Shown here piece by piece: positions 26,641 through 35,745 of a DNA stretch of 57,423 nucleotides. The notes beneath the pieces are model-generated. The model was given only the letters and a program-made list of their open reading frames with translations, was not told the DNA's origin and searched no databases. Where the stretch lies: positions 1-57,423 of the IMG/VR virus record IMGVR_UViG_3300042561_000852, one strand, 5' to 3'. Made by a program: the position numbers and the translations under genes. This stretch comes from a virus. Lineage: Duplodnaviria; Caudoviricetes. Each line of letters starts with the position of its first letter. Position 1 is the first letter of the stretch.

Positions 26641-26944
26641 GGTCGACCCCGTACAGCTGGTAGGCAGTTGGCCCGTTGGGCGCATCGCCAGTTCCAACAT
26701 CAACGCCCAGAGCGCGCGGAAGCGGGTAGCGCGCCGGGTCAGTGGTGGCGTCAATGACGCGGCTGGACGTGATGCCCAGCTCCATGACCTCGACCGGCGT
26801 CAGCGGCTCGGAGACGATCAGGCTGGCCACGGCGTTGACTGCGCCGGCCTTGGTCAGAGCCTTGACGAAGTGCTCGGCGCCGGCCGGGCCGGTGACTCGG
26901 TACAGCTTCGGCTCTGTGGTTCGGGTGCGGGTTGCGGTTTCCAT
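26618..26944 (-). CDS. Hypothetical protein
   Basis: GAGGA SD, typical codon usage. Confidence 0.65.
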   Translation of the reverse strand: METATRTRTTEPKLYRVTGPAGAEHFVKALTKAGAVNAVASLIVSEPLTPVEVMELGITSSRVIDATTDPARYPLPRALGVDVGTGDAPNGPTAYQLYGVDHAAPAEG

Positions 26945-26961
26945 GGGTTCCTCTCGGGTGA

Positions 26962-27762
26962 TCAGCGGCTGCGGACGGTGGTGGACTGCTCGGAGAAGAC
27001 GCGGACGCCGGGAATGCTGGTCTTGCCCTTCATTCCTTGGACGGTGCCGCGGATGGCCTTTTCGTCGGCCTGCAGGTAGCCGATCAGCTCGGGGCGCTCG
27101 GCAGCGGCCTTGACCAGCGCGGCCAGGTCGGTGATCTCGAACTTCCAGATTTCGCGACTGCTCACGCCGGCGACCTTCGGCGCTTCGACTGCGACCGGCA
27201 TCGGCGGCGGTGCGATCTCGGCAATCTCGGCGACCTCGCGCGCCTCCTCGGCCTGCTGCTGGGCGCGCTGAAGGGCTTCCGCATCGGCGCCTTCCTTCGC
27301 CAGCCGGTCGGCCTCCTGCTGCGCCTCGCGCGCCTTGCGGGCGGCTTCCTCGCGCTCGGCGCGGGCCTGTGCTTCCGCCTTTGCGCGGGCTGCTGCAGCC
27401 TCCTGCGCCTTCTTCGTCTGGTAGCCGCTGACGGCTTTGCGCAGAAGCCCCTCAGCCTCGCCCAGCATGTCGCCGGCCGGACGGAACAGGTCCATGATTT
27501 CGGCCTTCGCCTCGTCGAGCGGCTTCGTGTACTGCATGCGCAGCGCGGTCAGCTGCTTGCCGGCGCCGGCGATCTTGGTCAGCTCGTCGGCGGCGTAGGC
27601 CAGCGTGCTGTCGTCATCGACGGTGATCGCCAGGGCCAGCTCGCGCGCATCCTCGGCGACCGGAAGGGCCAGCGTGCTCACTGCTTCTCGGGCAGCGTTG
27701 ATTGCGGCGCCGCCAGCGGCGAGACAAACAGGGTTGTGGGTGGTTTCGGCGATGGCGTTCAT
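26962..27762 (-). CDS. Coiled-coil protein of the recombination module
   Basis: TKPLDEAK...F.P, Ala/Glu coil, C-terminal WKFEITD...IPGVRVF; AAGGA SD. Confidence 0.75.
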   Translation of the reverse strand: MNAIAETTHNPVCLAAGGAAINAAREAVSTLALPVAEDARELALAITVDDDSTLAYAADELTKIAGAGKQLTALRMQYTKPLDEAKAEIMDLFRPAGDMLGEAEGLLRKAVSGYQTKKAQEAAAARAKAEAQARAEREEAARKAREAQQEADRLAKEGADAEALQRAQQQAEEAREVAEIAEIAPPPMPVAVEAPKVAGVSSREIWKFEITDLAALVKAAAERPELIGYLQADEKAIRGTVQGMKGKTSIPGVRVFSEQSTTVRSR

Positions 27763-27980
27763 CGGCTGCGTCCTTTGTTCCAGTGCGTGTTTAATTTGGT
27801 GTATGCCGGGCATTTGCTTTCGGCTTTCATCACGTATGGGCGAATGTCCCTCGCCTTTACCTCAAAGAACTGCGCCCGATCCACGAAACCCATGCGCAGG
27901 TCGCTATCGCTTTCCTCGAACATTTGCCGCAGCTCCTCAAATCCGATCCAGCAGATCGGGATGGTTATTTCCCTTCTCAT
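27759..27980 (-). CDS. Hypothetical protein (lower GC)
   Basis: ATGA overlaps on both sides. Confidence 0.6.
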   Translation of the reverse strand: MRREITIPICWIGFEELRQMFEESDSDLRMGFVDRAQFFEVKARDIRPYVMKAESKCPAYTKLNTHWNKGRSR

Positions 27981-28570
27981 GCTGCCTTGGCTTGCCAGTT
28001 GTGCAGGGTCAGCGCGGCGAGAAAAACGCGCTGGTCCGCGGGATCGGTAAGGGGGATCAGGCGGAACTTGTCGTCGACCAGCTGCAGGGCGTAGCGGTCG
28101 ATGCGGACGCCGGGCGGCAGTGCCATTTCTTCGCGCAGAGCGATTTCATAGCCGGCGGTCTGTGGGCCGGTGGTGCGCTGCACCTGGGCGACGCGCTTGG
28201 CGTCAACCAGTGCGCGCTGTCCGTGGATCAGCAGGTACAGGTCGAGCGTTCCAGCGAAGCCGTAGCGGCGACTGGCGACGCGCATTTCCGATCTCAGGAT
28301 CTCGGCGCGACTCTCGACCAGAAACCGGCGCCACGCCGGCAGGTACTGCTCGATGCTCGGGTGCAGGCTCAACTCGTCGAGCACGCCCTGAACGTCCAGC
28401 TCGATCATCTTGTGCACGGCCGTTCCGATCTCGGCCGCGCGCTCCATGACCTCCTGAGAAACGCCGCGGTAGGCGTTCGCGGACAGTGGCGCCAGCACCT
28501 GGGTGACGCTGGGCAGCACGCGGCCGGTTTCGTCTCGGTAGGTGTGCGTGTCCTGGTCGAAGGCGATCAC
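27977..28570 (-). CDS. PD-(D/E)XK exonuclease
   Basis: HTY...PSVTQVL...GTAVH...E...FAGTLD...DAK...QTAGY; GTGA overlap with RecT. Confidence 0.85.
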   Translation of the reverse strand: MIAFDQDTHTYRDETGRVLPSVTQVLAPLSANAYRGVSQEVMERAAEIGTAVHKMIELDVQGVLDELSLHPSIEQYLPAWRRFLVESRAEILRSEMRVASRRYGFAGTLDLYLLIHGQRALVDAKRVAQVQRTTGPQTAGYEIALREEMALPPGVRIDRYALQLVDDKFRLIPLTDPADQRVFLAALTLHNWQAKAA

Positions 28571-29391
28571 GACTCGGCCTTTTCTGCGAGCTCGCGCAGC
28601 GACTTCAGGGTTGCGGTGATGTTGGCCGGCGTGATGCTCGGGAACTTGGCCAGCAGTTCGGCCTCGTTGAGCCCGGCGCGCTGTGCGGACGCCAGCACCA
28701 CCTTGCGCTGGCCCTCGGCCAGTTCTGACAGGCCGGCGCCGTCCTGCTGCTCGTTGTTTCCGGCTTCGCCGCCGAGAGGGTCGGAAGCCGGCGCCTGCTC
28801 GTGCTCGTGCTGGATCGCAGCAGCTGGCTTCGCCTTCGGCATCAGGTCGGTGGCTGGCTTGACCTCGGCGGCCGTTCCGTTGATCACGGTCGGGTCGTCC
28901 ATTTCGTCGGGCGTATAGACGCCAAGCAGAGCCTCGGGAGCGTGGCGGCGTGCCCACTGGCGCGCGCCGCGGTAGGCCAGCATGTCGTCCGGCGACTTCT
29001 TCCAATTGCCGTTGTCGGTCTGCCACGCGCCGACCGTGCCCTCGATCGTGCGGTCTTCGTGCTCGCCGCGAAGACGGCCAATGACGCGCACTTTGCGGTT
29101 CTGGCCCTCGCCCGAATACTCGTAGCGCAGCCGGCCCTCAAGCACGCCCATGCTGTAGAGCACGGCGGCGACCAGCTTGCCCTCGTAACAGAGCTTGCCG
29201 CGCACCACGGACGTGCACTGAGCCACGCTCAGTGCGTCCATGCCCCAGCGCTGGGCCTGCATCACGACGAGCAGGCAGTCGCCTGCAGAGCCGCGCAGAT
29301 GATCGGGCACCAGCTTCGCGGTGCTCAGGACTCGGGACAGGCTTTCAGCTTCGCCGACGTTGGTCGGCACGAGTGCGGTCATTGCATTCAT
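28567..29391 (-). CDS. recT: RecT-family ssDNA annealing protein
   Basis: VPDHLRG...DCL...QAQRWGMD...W.K.P..MLAYR.AR.WAR...PE.LLGVYTPDE. Confidence 0.85.
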   Translation of the reverse strand: MNAMTALVPTNVGEAESLSRVLSTAKLVPDHLRGSAGDCLLVVMQAQRWGMDALSVAQCTSVVRGKLCYEGKLVAAVLYSMGVLEGRLRYEYSGEGQNRKVRVIGRLRGEHEDRTIEGTVGAWQTDNGNWKKSPDDMLAYRGARQWARRHAPEALLGVYTPDEMDDPTVINGTAAEVKPATDLMPKAKPAAAIQHEHEQAPASDPLGGEAGNNEQQDGAGLSELAEGQRKVVLASAQRAGLNEAELLAKFPSITPANITATLKSLRELAEKAES

Positions 29392-29525
29392 CAGATTGCT
29401 CCAGCCCGCCAGAACAGCCCGGCGAGCAACAGAAGGGAAAGGGGCAGGGACACGCGCAGGTCGAGCAGGAAGCGCTCGGCGCGGTCGGAGAAGGCCATCA
29501 CGGCGCGGTCAATCCTCGTAATCAC
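29391..29525 (-). CDS. Small membrane peptide (about 44 aa)
   Basis: Open frame fills the gap; Leu-rich C-terminus; TGATG overlap with recT. Confidence 0.4.
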   Translation of the reverse strand: MITRIDRAVMAFSDRAERFLLDLRVSLPLSLLLLAGLFWRAGAI

Positions 29526-29865
29526 GGGGACCGTCCTTCGCCATGCGGCGCGAGGCCTCGGCGTCGATGGCGTTGCGCAGGCTGCGGGCTACTCCCTGGA
29601 CTGCAATAAGCGTCCGCACCAGCGGCGTGCCCTGCGGCAGTTTCTCGATCAGGCGTCCCAGCTCGTCGACGCAATCGGAAGCGCTGGCGAACACCATCGT
29701 CTGAACGTCGCTGTCCACCAGCCGGCACAGCGTCGCGTCGATGAATGCGTCGTCATCCTCTACTTCGGTCTGCGCGGCGAGCCAGCCATCGACGTCCGCC
29801 TCGTTCGGGTTGTCCGACATCAGGTGCGCGTCGAGCGATGCCATGGTCAGGCCGAGCATGCTCAT
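29509..29865 (-). CDS. Hypothetical protein
   Basis: ATGA overlap; acidic helical protein. Confidence 0.65.
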   Translation of the reverse strand: MSMLGLTMASLDAHLMSDNPNEADVDGWLAAQTEVEDDDAFIDATLCRLVDSDVQTMVFASASDCVDELGRLIEKLPQGTPLVRTLIAVQGVARSLRNAIDAEASRRMAKDGPRDYED

Positions 29866-30107
29866 GCGGCGGCCTGCTGCGATTCGTCGACAAGCTCCAG
29901 CCGAAGGCACTTCACGCCGGCAGCGCGCTCGCCGCGCCAGAACTCGCGAGTGGTGCGGAGGCGCACGCCGTTGCGCTCCCAATGAATCCAGCGCGCGTCA
30001 ACCTCGACGATTCGCAGCGGCGTCGGCTCGACTTCTCGGCCATCCAGCGGTACGACGCACACCAGATCGCCAACGCGCGGGTCGGTTTCAACGTTGCGGC
30101 GGCTCAT
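29862..30107 (-). CDS. Hypothetical protein
   Basis: ATGA overlaps. Confidence 0.65.
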   Translation of the reverse strand: MSRRNVETDPRVGDLVCVVPLDGREVEPTPLRIVEVDARWIHWERNGVRLRTTREFWRGERAAGVKCLRLELVDESQQAAA

Positions 30108-30337
30108 GACATCACCGGAATGCGGGCGATGACCGGGGCGATCACGCGGATGGTCGCGTTGTCGGTGCCGTAGGTGGTGTTGACCGAAGGGCCGCCGGCT
30201 TCGGCAGCGGCCTGAATCGCGGCGCGGCGGCCGGGGCTCAGATACAGGCCCGTGGCCTGGAATGCGTCGTCCCAGCTGCCGACAACTTGGCGAGCCGCGG
30301 CGTGCGCTGGCTTCACCTCAAAGATGAACTCTTGCAT
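30104..30337 (-). CDS. Hypothetical protein, first gene of the PL operon
   Basis: GGAGAGG SD downstream of PL. Confidence 0.65.
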   Translation of the reverse strand: MQEFIFEVKPAHAAARQVVGSWDDAFQATGLYLSPGRRAAIQAAAEAGGPSVNTTYGTDNATIRVIAPVIARIPVMS

Positions 30338-30375
30338 GTGCCTCTCCCCCGCCGGTCCACACCGGCGATGGGGAG

Positions 30376-30447
30376 AAGATAAGGCATGCCTTTCTGCCTG
30401 TCAACAGGCAAGCCTTATTTAGTTTCATCGCAGATGCGGCATGCCTT
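30376..30447 (-). promoter_or_regulatory. PL promoter with three OL operators
   Basis: TTGACA(30404-30399)-N17-TATCTT(30381-30376); operators AAGGCATGCCTT 30381, CAGGCAAGCCTT 30405, GCGGCATGCCTT 30436. Confidence 0.85.
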
Positions 30448-30506
30448 GCGTGGCATCTTGCGCGCTCCCCGTCTACGCTAAGCGGCCAGCCACAGGGCTT
30501 CGATCC

Positions 30507-30848
30507 ATGACGTGGACGCTATTTCTGGCGTGGTCTGCCGTCTTTGCTTTCGCATCCGACCATGCGCGCTCGGCTAGAAACTTCCGTGGCGCCTCGCAGG
30601 CGTTCGAGACAATGCTCGGCCTGTCTGCGCTGCTTGCCTTGGTGGCGACGCTGGTTTTGCTGGTATGGATAGGCTGGGCCACGGCTTGGTGGTGGGCGCC
30701 AGTGCTGTTCGCGACCGCTTCAATTGGGGGCGGGCTGGCGCTTGGCTTCGCTCAGTCGCCCGGGGCGAGGCTTGCGGTCGCGCTTGCAGGATTCATCGCT
30801 TGGCCATTCTTCGCCGGGGTTTGCGTGTACCTGCTGCTCGCGGACTGA
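30507..30848 (+). CDS. Multi-pass membrane protein in the immunity region
   Basis: About 4 hydrophobic helices in 113 aa; convergent with cI. Confidence 0.7.
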   Translation: MTWTLFLAWSAVFAFASDHARSARNFRGASQAFETMLGLSALLALVATLVLLVWIGWATAWWWAPVLFATASIGGGLALGFAQSPGARLAVALAGFIAWPFFAGVCVYLLLAD

Positions 30849-30863
30849 TCCGCATGCGGGCGA

Positions 30864-31580
30864 TCAGAGGCTGACGGGCGTCCACACAGCCCGACCAATG
30901 ATCTGCAGGGCATCTTCCGCGATCTCCCACGGCGCGTACAGCGTGGAGGGGTTGTCGCTGCGCACGCGTACCAGGCCGCCCGGCAGCCGATCGAGCCGCT
31001 TCAGTAGCGTCTCGCCTTCGATCGCCAGCGCGTAGACGCGCCCCGACTGGATGCGCTTGGCGCTGGTGTCGATCACCACCGGCGCGCCGTCTTGGATGGT
31101 CGGCTCCATCGAATCCCCACGGCACCGCATCGTGTAGTGCGTGCGCGGGCTCCAGCCCTGAGCCTTGAGCCAATCGGCGCGGAAGGGCGTGGTTTTGTCC
31201 GTCCGCTCGATCGCGTCCGCGCTCGGCCCGCCGTGGCCGGCCGACAGGTAGGCGTCCAGGTGCGGCAAGAATCCGAACTCGCCTTCCGGCAGGTCTTCGG
31301 GCCGGTCCCATGAGCTGATTGGGCGCAGGTAGCCGGTTGGTGCGGCCGCCGGCCGCGTGCCGTGCGGCAGCCCGGAGCTGCGCCCGGTCAGTATCCAGTC
31401 CGGCGAGGTTTGCAGCGCCTCGGCAACAGCCATCAGGTTCGACCCTTCGATGGCCTTGGTCTTGCCCTTTTCCCAGTCGTGAACAGACGGTGGCTTAAGG
31501 CCGCAGCGCCGCGCCAGTTCGGCAACGGTCATTCCCAGTTCTTGCCGGCGCTGGGCGATCCGGGTTCCCCATTCAGTCAT
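30864..31580 (-). CDS. cI: CI-like repressor (XRE HTH plus S24 peptidase)
   Basis: ELARRCG...VHDWEKG; SAGHG cleavage site; GDSMEP; LKRL. Confidence 0.95.
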   Translation of the reverse strand: MTEWGTRIAQRRQELGMTVAELARRCGLKPPSVHDWEKGKTKAIEGSNLMAVAEALQTSPDWILTGRSSGLPHGTRPAAAPTGYLRPISSWDRPEDLPEGEFGFLPHLDAYLSAGHGGPSADAIERTDKTTPFRADWLKAQGWSPRTHYTMRCRGDSMEPTIQDGAPVVIDTSAKRIQSGRVYALAIEGETLLKRLDRLPGGLVRVRSDNPSTLYAPWEIAEDALQIIGRAVWTPVSL

Positions 31581-31645
31581 AAGGCAATCCTAACGCGCAG
31601 ACGGTGAGGCATCCCTTGCAAGGCATGCCTTACGCGGTGTAAGGT
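31581..31645. promoter_or_regulatory. OR region with three operators, PR and PRM
   Basis: AAGGCAATCCTA 31581, GAGGCATCCCTT 31606, AAGGCATGCCTT 31620; TTGCAA-N18-TAAGGT on plus; TAGGAT -10 on minus. Confidence 0.8.
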
Positions 31646-31652
31646 GCGCCGC

Positions 31653-31916
31653 ATGAGCGCAGACACCCCCACCCCGACACAGACCCTCGTCAAGGAGCTC
31701 GGCGGCCTGACTGCTGCTGCGCGCCTGTTCGAGATTCGGACGCCAAGCGTCACCGACTGGCTGAAGCGCGGCATTCCTGCCGCACGTCTTCAGACCCTCC
31801 GCGCATGGGCTCGCCTCCCCGATTCTGAGCCGCTGCCTGAGCCGACCATCACCCCGAAGCGGGTGCGGGCCGCCCTGCGCGCCGCGAACTTGGCAGAGCC
31901 GAGACGCCGGGCATGA
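31653..31916 (+). CDS. cro: Cro-like repressor
   Basis: LGGLTAAARLFEIRTPSVTDW..RGIP; divergent from cI. Confidence 0.85.
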   Translation: MSADTPTPTQTLVKELGGLTAAARLFEIRTPSVTDWLKRGIPAARLQTLRAWARLPDSEPLPEPTITPKRVRAALRAANLAEPRRRA

Positions 31917-32137
31917 GCGCCGAACTCCGCGACCTCCGCTCGAAGATCACGGTTGAGGCCGACTGCGCCCTCAGTGCTGTGAGCCAAGCCAGCGGCAAGG
32001 ACAAGGCCGAGATTGTTCGGGACGTGCTGCATGCCTGGGCGCTCCAACAGATCGACGAGGCCATGCTGCTCCAGCGGCTGTTGATGCGCGAGGGACTGGC
32101 GCGGGAAGTTCAGGGCGCGGGAGGGAATCGCGCATGA
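31913..32137 (+). CDS. Small DNA-binding protein at the cII position
   Basis: RHH-like KAEIVRDVL; ATGA overlap. Confidence 0.65.
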   Translation: MSAELRDLRSKITVEADCALSAVSQASGKDKAEIVRDVLHAWALQQIDEAMLLQRLLMREGLAREVQGAGGNRA

Positions 32138-32174
32138 CTGCTCAGTTTAGTAACGAATTCACGGGGGCGCGGGC

Positions 32175-32513
32175 ATGATCGGCGCCAAGCGCATGACCGC
32201 GGCCGAGCGCGAGCACATCGGCCGAGTGAAGGCTACCGCATGCCTCGCGTGCCAGATCGAAGGCGTCAATGCCGGCACCGGCAGCGAGGCGCATCACCTG
32301 CTCAGCGGCGGGCGTCGCATCGGACACATGGCAGTCGTGGCGCTCTGCCCGTGGCATCACAGAGCCGTGCCGCTGGACCGCTGGACCGCGCCCGAAATGC
32401 GCGCGGCGTTCGGCCCGAGCCTCATGGATGGCAGCAAGCCCTTTCGGGCGCGTTACGGCACCGACACCGAACTGCTGGAAATGCAGCGGCGATTGCTGGA
32501 ACGCGCCGCATGA
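32175..32513 (+). CDS. Ref-like HNH nuclease
   Basis: CLAC...EAHH...LCPWHHR...F...YG. Confidence 0.8.
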   Translation: MIGAKRMTAAEREHIGRVKATACLACQIEGVNAGTGSEAHHLLSGGRRIGHMAVVALCPWHHRAVPLDRWTAPEMRAAFGPSLMDGSKPFRARYGTDTELLEMQRRLLERAA

Positions 32514-32665
32514 GCCCGCACGCCGACCCCAAACAACTCGACTGGATGGCCCGCTGCATCGCGTGGGCCGACGTCGAGCACACCCCCGAACAACTCGAAG
32601 CGGCGGAACGCGCACTCGCGCAACCGCCGCGCACGCTGCGGCAGGAATCGCTGCCGCTGTCGTGA
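32510..32665 (+). CDS. Hypothetical protein (51 aa)
   Basis: ATGA overlap. Confidence 0.55.
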   Translation: MSPHADPKQLDWMARCIAWADVEHTPEQLEAAERALAQPPRTLRQESLPLS

Positions 32666-32766
32666 TGGCTACCGCCCCGGCTACATCCGCGGAGTCATGA
32701 CCGTGGAGACAGCCCAGCCCTCAGGGTTGCCGGGTAGCGGTTTCTGGTGAGGGCCAGAGGATCGAC

Positions 32767-33021
32767 ATGGAACAGCAGCAGACCGAACCGCAGCCGCCCT
32801 GGATGGCCTACCACCCGGGCCAGAACTGGCCGACCGAAAGCCTGACCATCGTCAGCGTCACGTCGCGCACCGGCATGACGAAATCGAGCTGGTACAGGGC
32901 GATTCAAGCCAAGCGCGCGCCAGCTGCGCGCCTGCGCGGCGGCCGCGCTGTGTGGGACTCGCGCGAAATCGAGGCCTGGAATCGCTGGCAGATGGACACG
33001 CTGCCGCGGAGGGCTGGGTGA
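32767..33021 (+). CDS. AlpA-family regulator/excisionase
   Basis: V.SRTGMTKSSWY..I....P.....GGRAVW...EIEAW; GAGGA SD. Confidence 0.8.
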   Translation: MEQQQTEPQPPWMAYHPGQNWPTESLTIVSVTSRTGMTKSSWYRAIQAKRAPAARLRGGRAVWDSREIEAWNRWQMDTLPRRAG

Positions 33022-33893
33022 TGTCAGCCGACTGGATCAAGATGCGCGCGAACCTGTGGGACGACCCCCGGGTCGCCGCGCTCTGCGACGCCTGCGACTG
33101 CGGCGAGGCCGTAGCCATCGGCGCGCTGTACTGGCTGTGGGCCGCAGCGGACCAGCACTCCGAGGATGGGATGCTGCCGGGCATGACGTCGCGGCAGATC
33201 GACCGCAAGACTGGCGTTCCTGGCTTTGCTCAGGCCGTCGCGGCGATCGGTTGGCTGGAGCTGTCCTCAGATGGGGCGCGAATCGTCCGCTTCGAGGAAC
33301 ACAACGGCACCAGCGCAAAGCGCAGATCGTCCGAGTCTCGTCGCAAAATGTCCGCACGCGATGCGGACAAGTTGCGCGCAGCGTCCGCATTCGATGCGGA
33401 CAGCCAGCGGACTGGCAGCGGAAGTTATGCGCACCTAGAGAAAGAGAAAGAACAAGAGCAAGAACCCCCCTATATCCCCCCTTGCGGCGAGAGCGATCCC
33501 GCCGCTGCCGCGGCGGCCTCACCGGGTGCGCCTGCGGCTGAACAGCCGAAGCCGAGAGCCAAGCGCGAGAGCAAGCCGCTTCAGGCCCTGCGCACCTTCC
33601 GCGCCGACGGCGGCCTGCTGGTCAAGGCCGGCGAGGATCCACTGCTCGACTACATCGACCGCATCGGCCTGCCCGAGGACTTCCTGCGGGTCGCTGTGCA
33701 CGCCTTCGACCAGCGCTTTCTGCACACGGACCAGAAGCAGCGCGACTGGCCGGCGCACTTCCGCAACGCGGTGCAATCCAACTGGTTTCGCCTGTGGTGG
33801 GACGACGGCGGGACGTGGCGGCTGACCACGCAGGGCAAGCAGGCCGAGCGCGAGCTGCAGGCCCTGGCTGAGCAGCAGCGGGGTGCGGCGTGA
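33021..33893 (+). CDS. Replication initiator protein
   Basis: N-terminal DWIKMR..L.DDPRV; C-terminal DW...F.NAV..NW; upstream of DnaB. Confidence 0.8.
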   Translation: MSADWIKMRANLWDDPRVAALCDACDCGEAVAIGALYWLWAAADQHSEDGMLPGMTSRQIDRKTGVPGFAQAVAAIGWLELSSDGARIVRFEEHNGTSAKRRSSESRRKMSARDADKLRAASAFDADSQRTGSGSYAHLEKEKEQEQEPPYIPPCGESDPAAAAAASPGAPAAEQPKPRAKRESKPLQALRTFRADGGLLVKAGEDPLLDYIDRIGLPEDFLRVAVHAFDQRFLHTDQKQRDWPAHFRNAVQSNWFRLWWDDGGTWRLTTQGKQAERELQALAEQQRGAA

Positions 33894-34387
33894 GCGCTTG
33901 GGAACCCAACACCGGCGCCACCGACGAGTGGTACACGCCGCGCGGCGTCTTCGACGCTCTGGCCGTTCGCTTCGACATGGACGTGGCCGCGCCGCGCGAA
34001 GGTCCGCGTCATGTTCCGACGTCACGCTGGCTGTGGCGCGACTCGCTTGAATCCGCATGGTCCGGCTTCGTGTGGATGAATCCGCCCTTCGGCGCTCGCA
34101 ACGGGCTGGAGCCGTGGCTACACAGGTTCTTTAATCACGGCAACGGCGTGGCGCTCACGCCTGATCGCACATCGGCGCCATGGTGGCAGCAGGCCGCTCG
34201 ACAGGCCGACGCGATCTTGCTGACGGATGGGAAAGTGAAGTTCGAACGGCCCGACGGAACAGTCGGCGCATCGCCGGGCGCGGGCGTCACCCTGTGGGCT
34301 GCTGGTCCGCTTGGCGTGATGGCGCTGCTCAATGCGCAGCGCGCAGGGCTTGGCTGCGCCTGGGTTCCCTTCAGGGGTGCCGCATGA
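33890..34387 (+). CDS. Phage DNA N6-adenine methyltransferase
   Basis: DEWYTP...FDMDVA...VWMNPPF. Confidence 0.85.
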   Translation: MSAWEPNTGATDEWYTPRGVFDALAVRFDMDVAAPREGPRHVPTSRWLWRDSLESAWSGFVWMNPPFGARNGLEPWLHRFFNHGNGVALTPDRTSAPWWQQAARQADAILLTDGKVKFERPDGTVGASPGAGVTLWAAGPLGVMALLNAQRAGLGCAWVPFRGAA

Positions 34388-35745
34388 GCGCAAAGCCAAT
34401 CACTGCCGGCGCCAAAGCCGAGCGCGCCCTGCTTCACTGCCTCGTGACCGTGCCGGCCTGCTGGTGGCGCGTTGCTGGCAAGGTCGAATCTCGGCACCTG
34501 GCGGCGCCCGCGCTGCGGCAGGTGTTCGAGCTGGTCGGCCAGTGCATTGACCGCAACAGCGCCTGCGACGTCATCGAAGTGCTGGAAGCCGCCGAGCACG
34601 AGGGCAGCGAGCTGCGCGACGTCGTCAGTGACCTGCTGAGCGACTTCGCGGCCGTGGCCAACGTCGAGCACTACGCGGACCTGGTGCGAGACGCGAGCAC
34701 GAAGCGCGAGCTGCAGGCCGCGGGGCACGCGATCGTGCAGGCAGCACAGGAAGCGCCGACCGCCGCCGATGCCATGAGCGACGCCCAGCGCGCGCTGTCC
34801 GCGGTGATGACCGCGCAGCCGGCGACTTGGGTCGGCGCGAAGCAGGCGGCGAAGCTGGCTTATGCCGAGTTCAAGTCCCGCCTGTCGGGCGCGAAGTCCA
34901 GCGGACTGCCGACTGGCTTTGCTGACCTGGACAACTTCATCGAGCTGGAGCCCGGCCGCGTCTACGGCATCGGCGCACGCCCGAAGATCGGCAAGTCGGT
35001 GCTGGCCGCGAACATCGCGTGTCACCTGACGTTCGAGCTGGGCAAGTGGGGTGCGATCTGGACCGGCGAAATGGGTGTGCGCGAGTACGCCGAGAGGATC
35101 ATCGCGCACCGCGGGAACGTCACGCTGAAGGGCATCAAGTCTCCGAAGGACATGCTCGAAGACGAAATGCGCCGGTTCACCGCGGCGGTGCAGGCGCTGG
35201 CGGACTCGCGCATCCACATCACGGACGCGACCGACGTCACGATCGAGCACATCGAGGCGCAGGCGCGGTTTCTCCACGCCCGCGGCGAGCTCGACTATCT
35301 CGTCATCGACTACCTGGGCTTGCTGAAGCTGCCCAAGGCCGACCGACACGACATCGCGATCGGGCACATCAGCCGGCGCTGCAAGATCATCGCGAAGGAT
35401 CTGAACATCCCCGTGATTCTGGTCTTCCAGTTGAACCGCGCCAGCGAGACGGGCACCACTGTTCGCCCGCCGCGCCCCAGCGACGCGCGCGACTCCGGAA
35501 ACATTGAGCAGGATCTGGACGTGATGCTGCTGCTGCATCGCTGGTCGGTCTACGACCCGACAGCAGAGCCAGGCCTGCGCCTTGAAGTCGCGCTGAACCG
35601 CAGTGGCCCGACCGGGCTGGTGAAGCTGGGCGACCGCCTGAGCACTGCGAGTTTCCTGAGCCTGTACCACGGCGTTGCCGCTGATGATCCGTTCTGGACG
35701 CGGGGCAGCGCGTCGAGCAAGCCGCAGCAGCGGGGTGGGATGTGA
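34384..35745 (+). CDS. dnaB: Replicative helicase, DnaB family
   Basis: TGFADLD, GARPKIGKS, IDYLGL, QLNR, RDSGNIEQD. Confidence 0.93.
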   Translation: MSAKPITAGAKAERALLHCLVTVPACWWRVAGKVESRHLAAPALRQVFELVGQCIDRNSACDVIEVLEAAEHEGSELRDVVSDLLSDFAAVANVEHYADLVRDASTKRELQAAGHAIVQAAQEAPTAADAMSDAQRALSAVMTAQPATWVGAKQAAKLAYAEFKSRLSGAKSSGLPTGFADLDNFIELEPGRVYGIGARPKIGKSVLAANIACHLTFELGKWGAIWTGEMGVREYAERIIAHRGNVTLKGIKSPKDMLEDEMRRFTAAVQALADSRIHITDATDVTIEHIEAQARFLHARGELDYLVIDYLGLLKLPKADRHDIAIGHISRRCKIIAKDLNIPVILVFQLNRASETGTTVRPPRPSDARDSGNIEQDLDVMLLLHRWSVYDPTAEPGLRLEVALNRSGPTGLVKLGDRLSTASFLSLYHGVAADDPFWTRGSASSKPQQRGGM

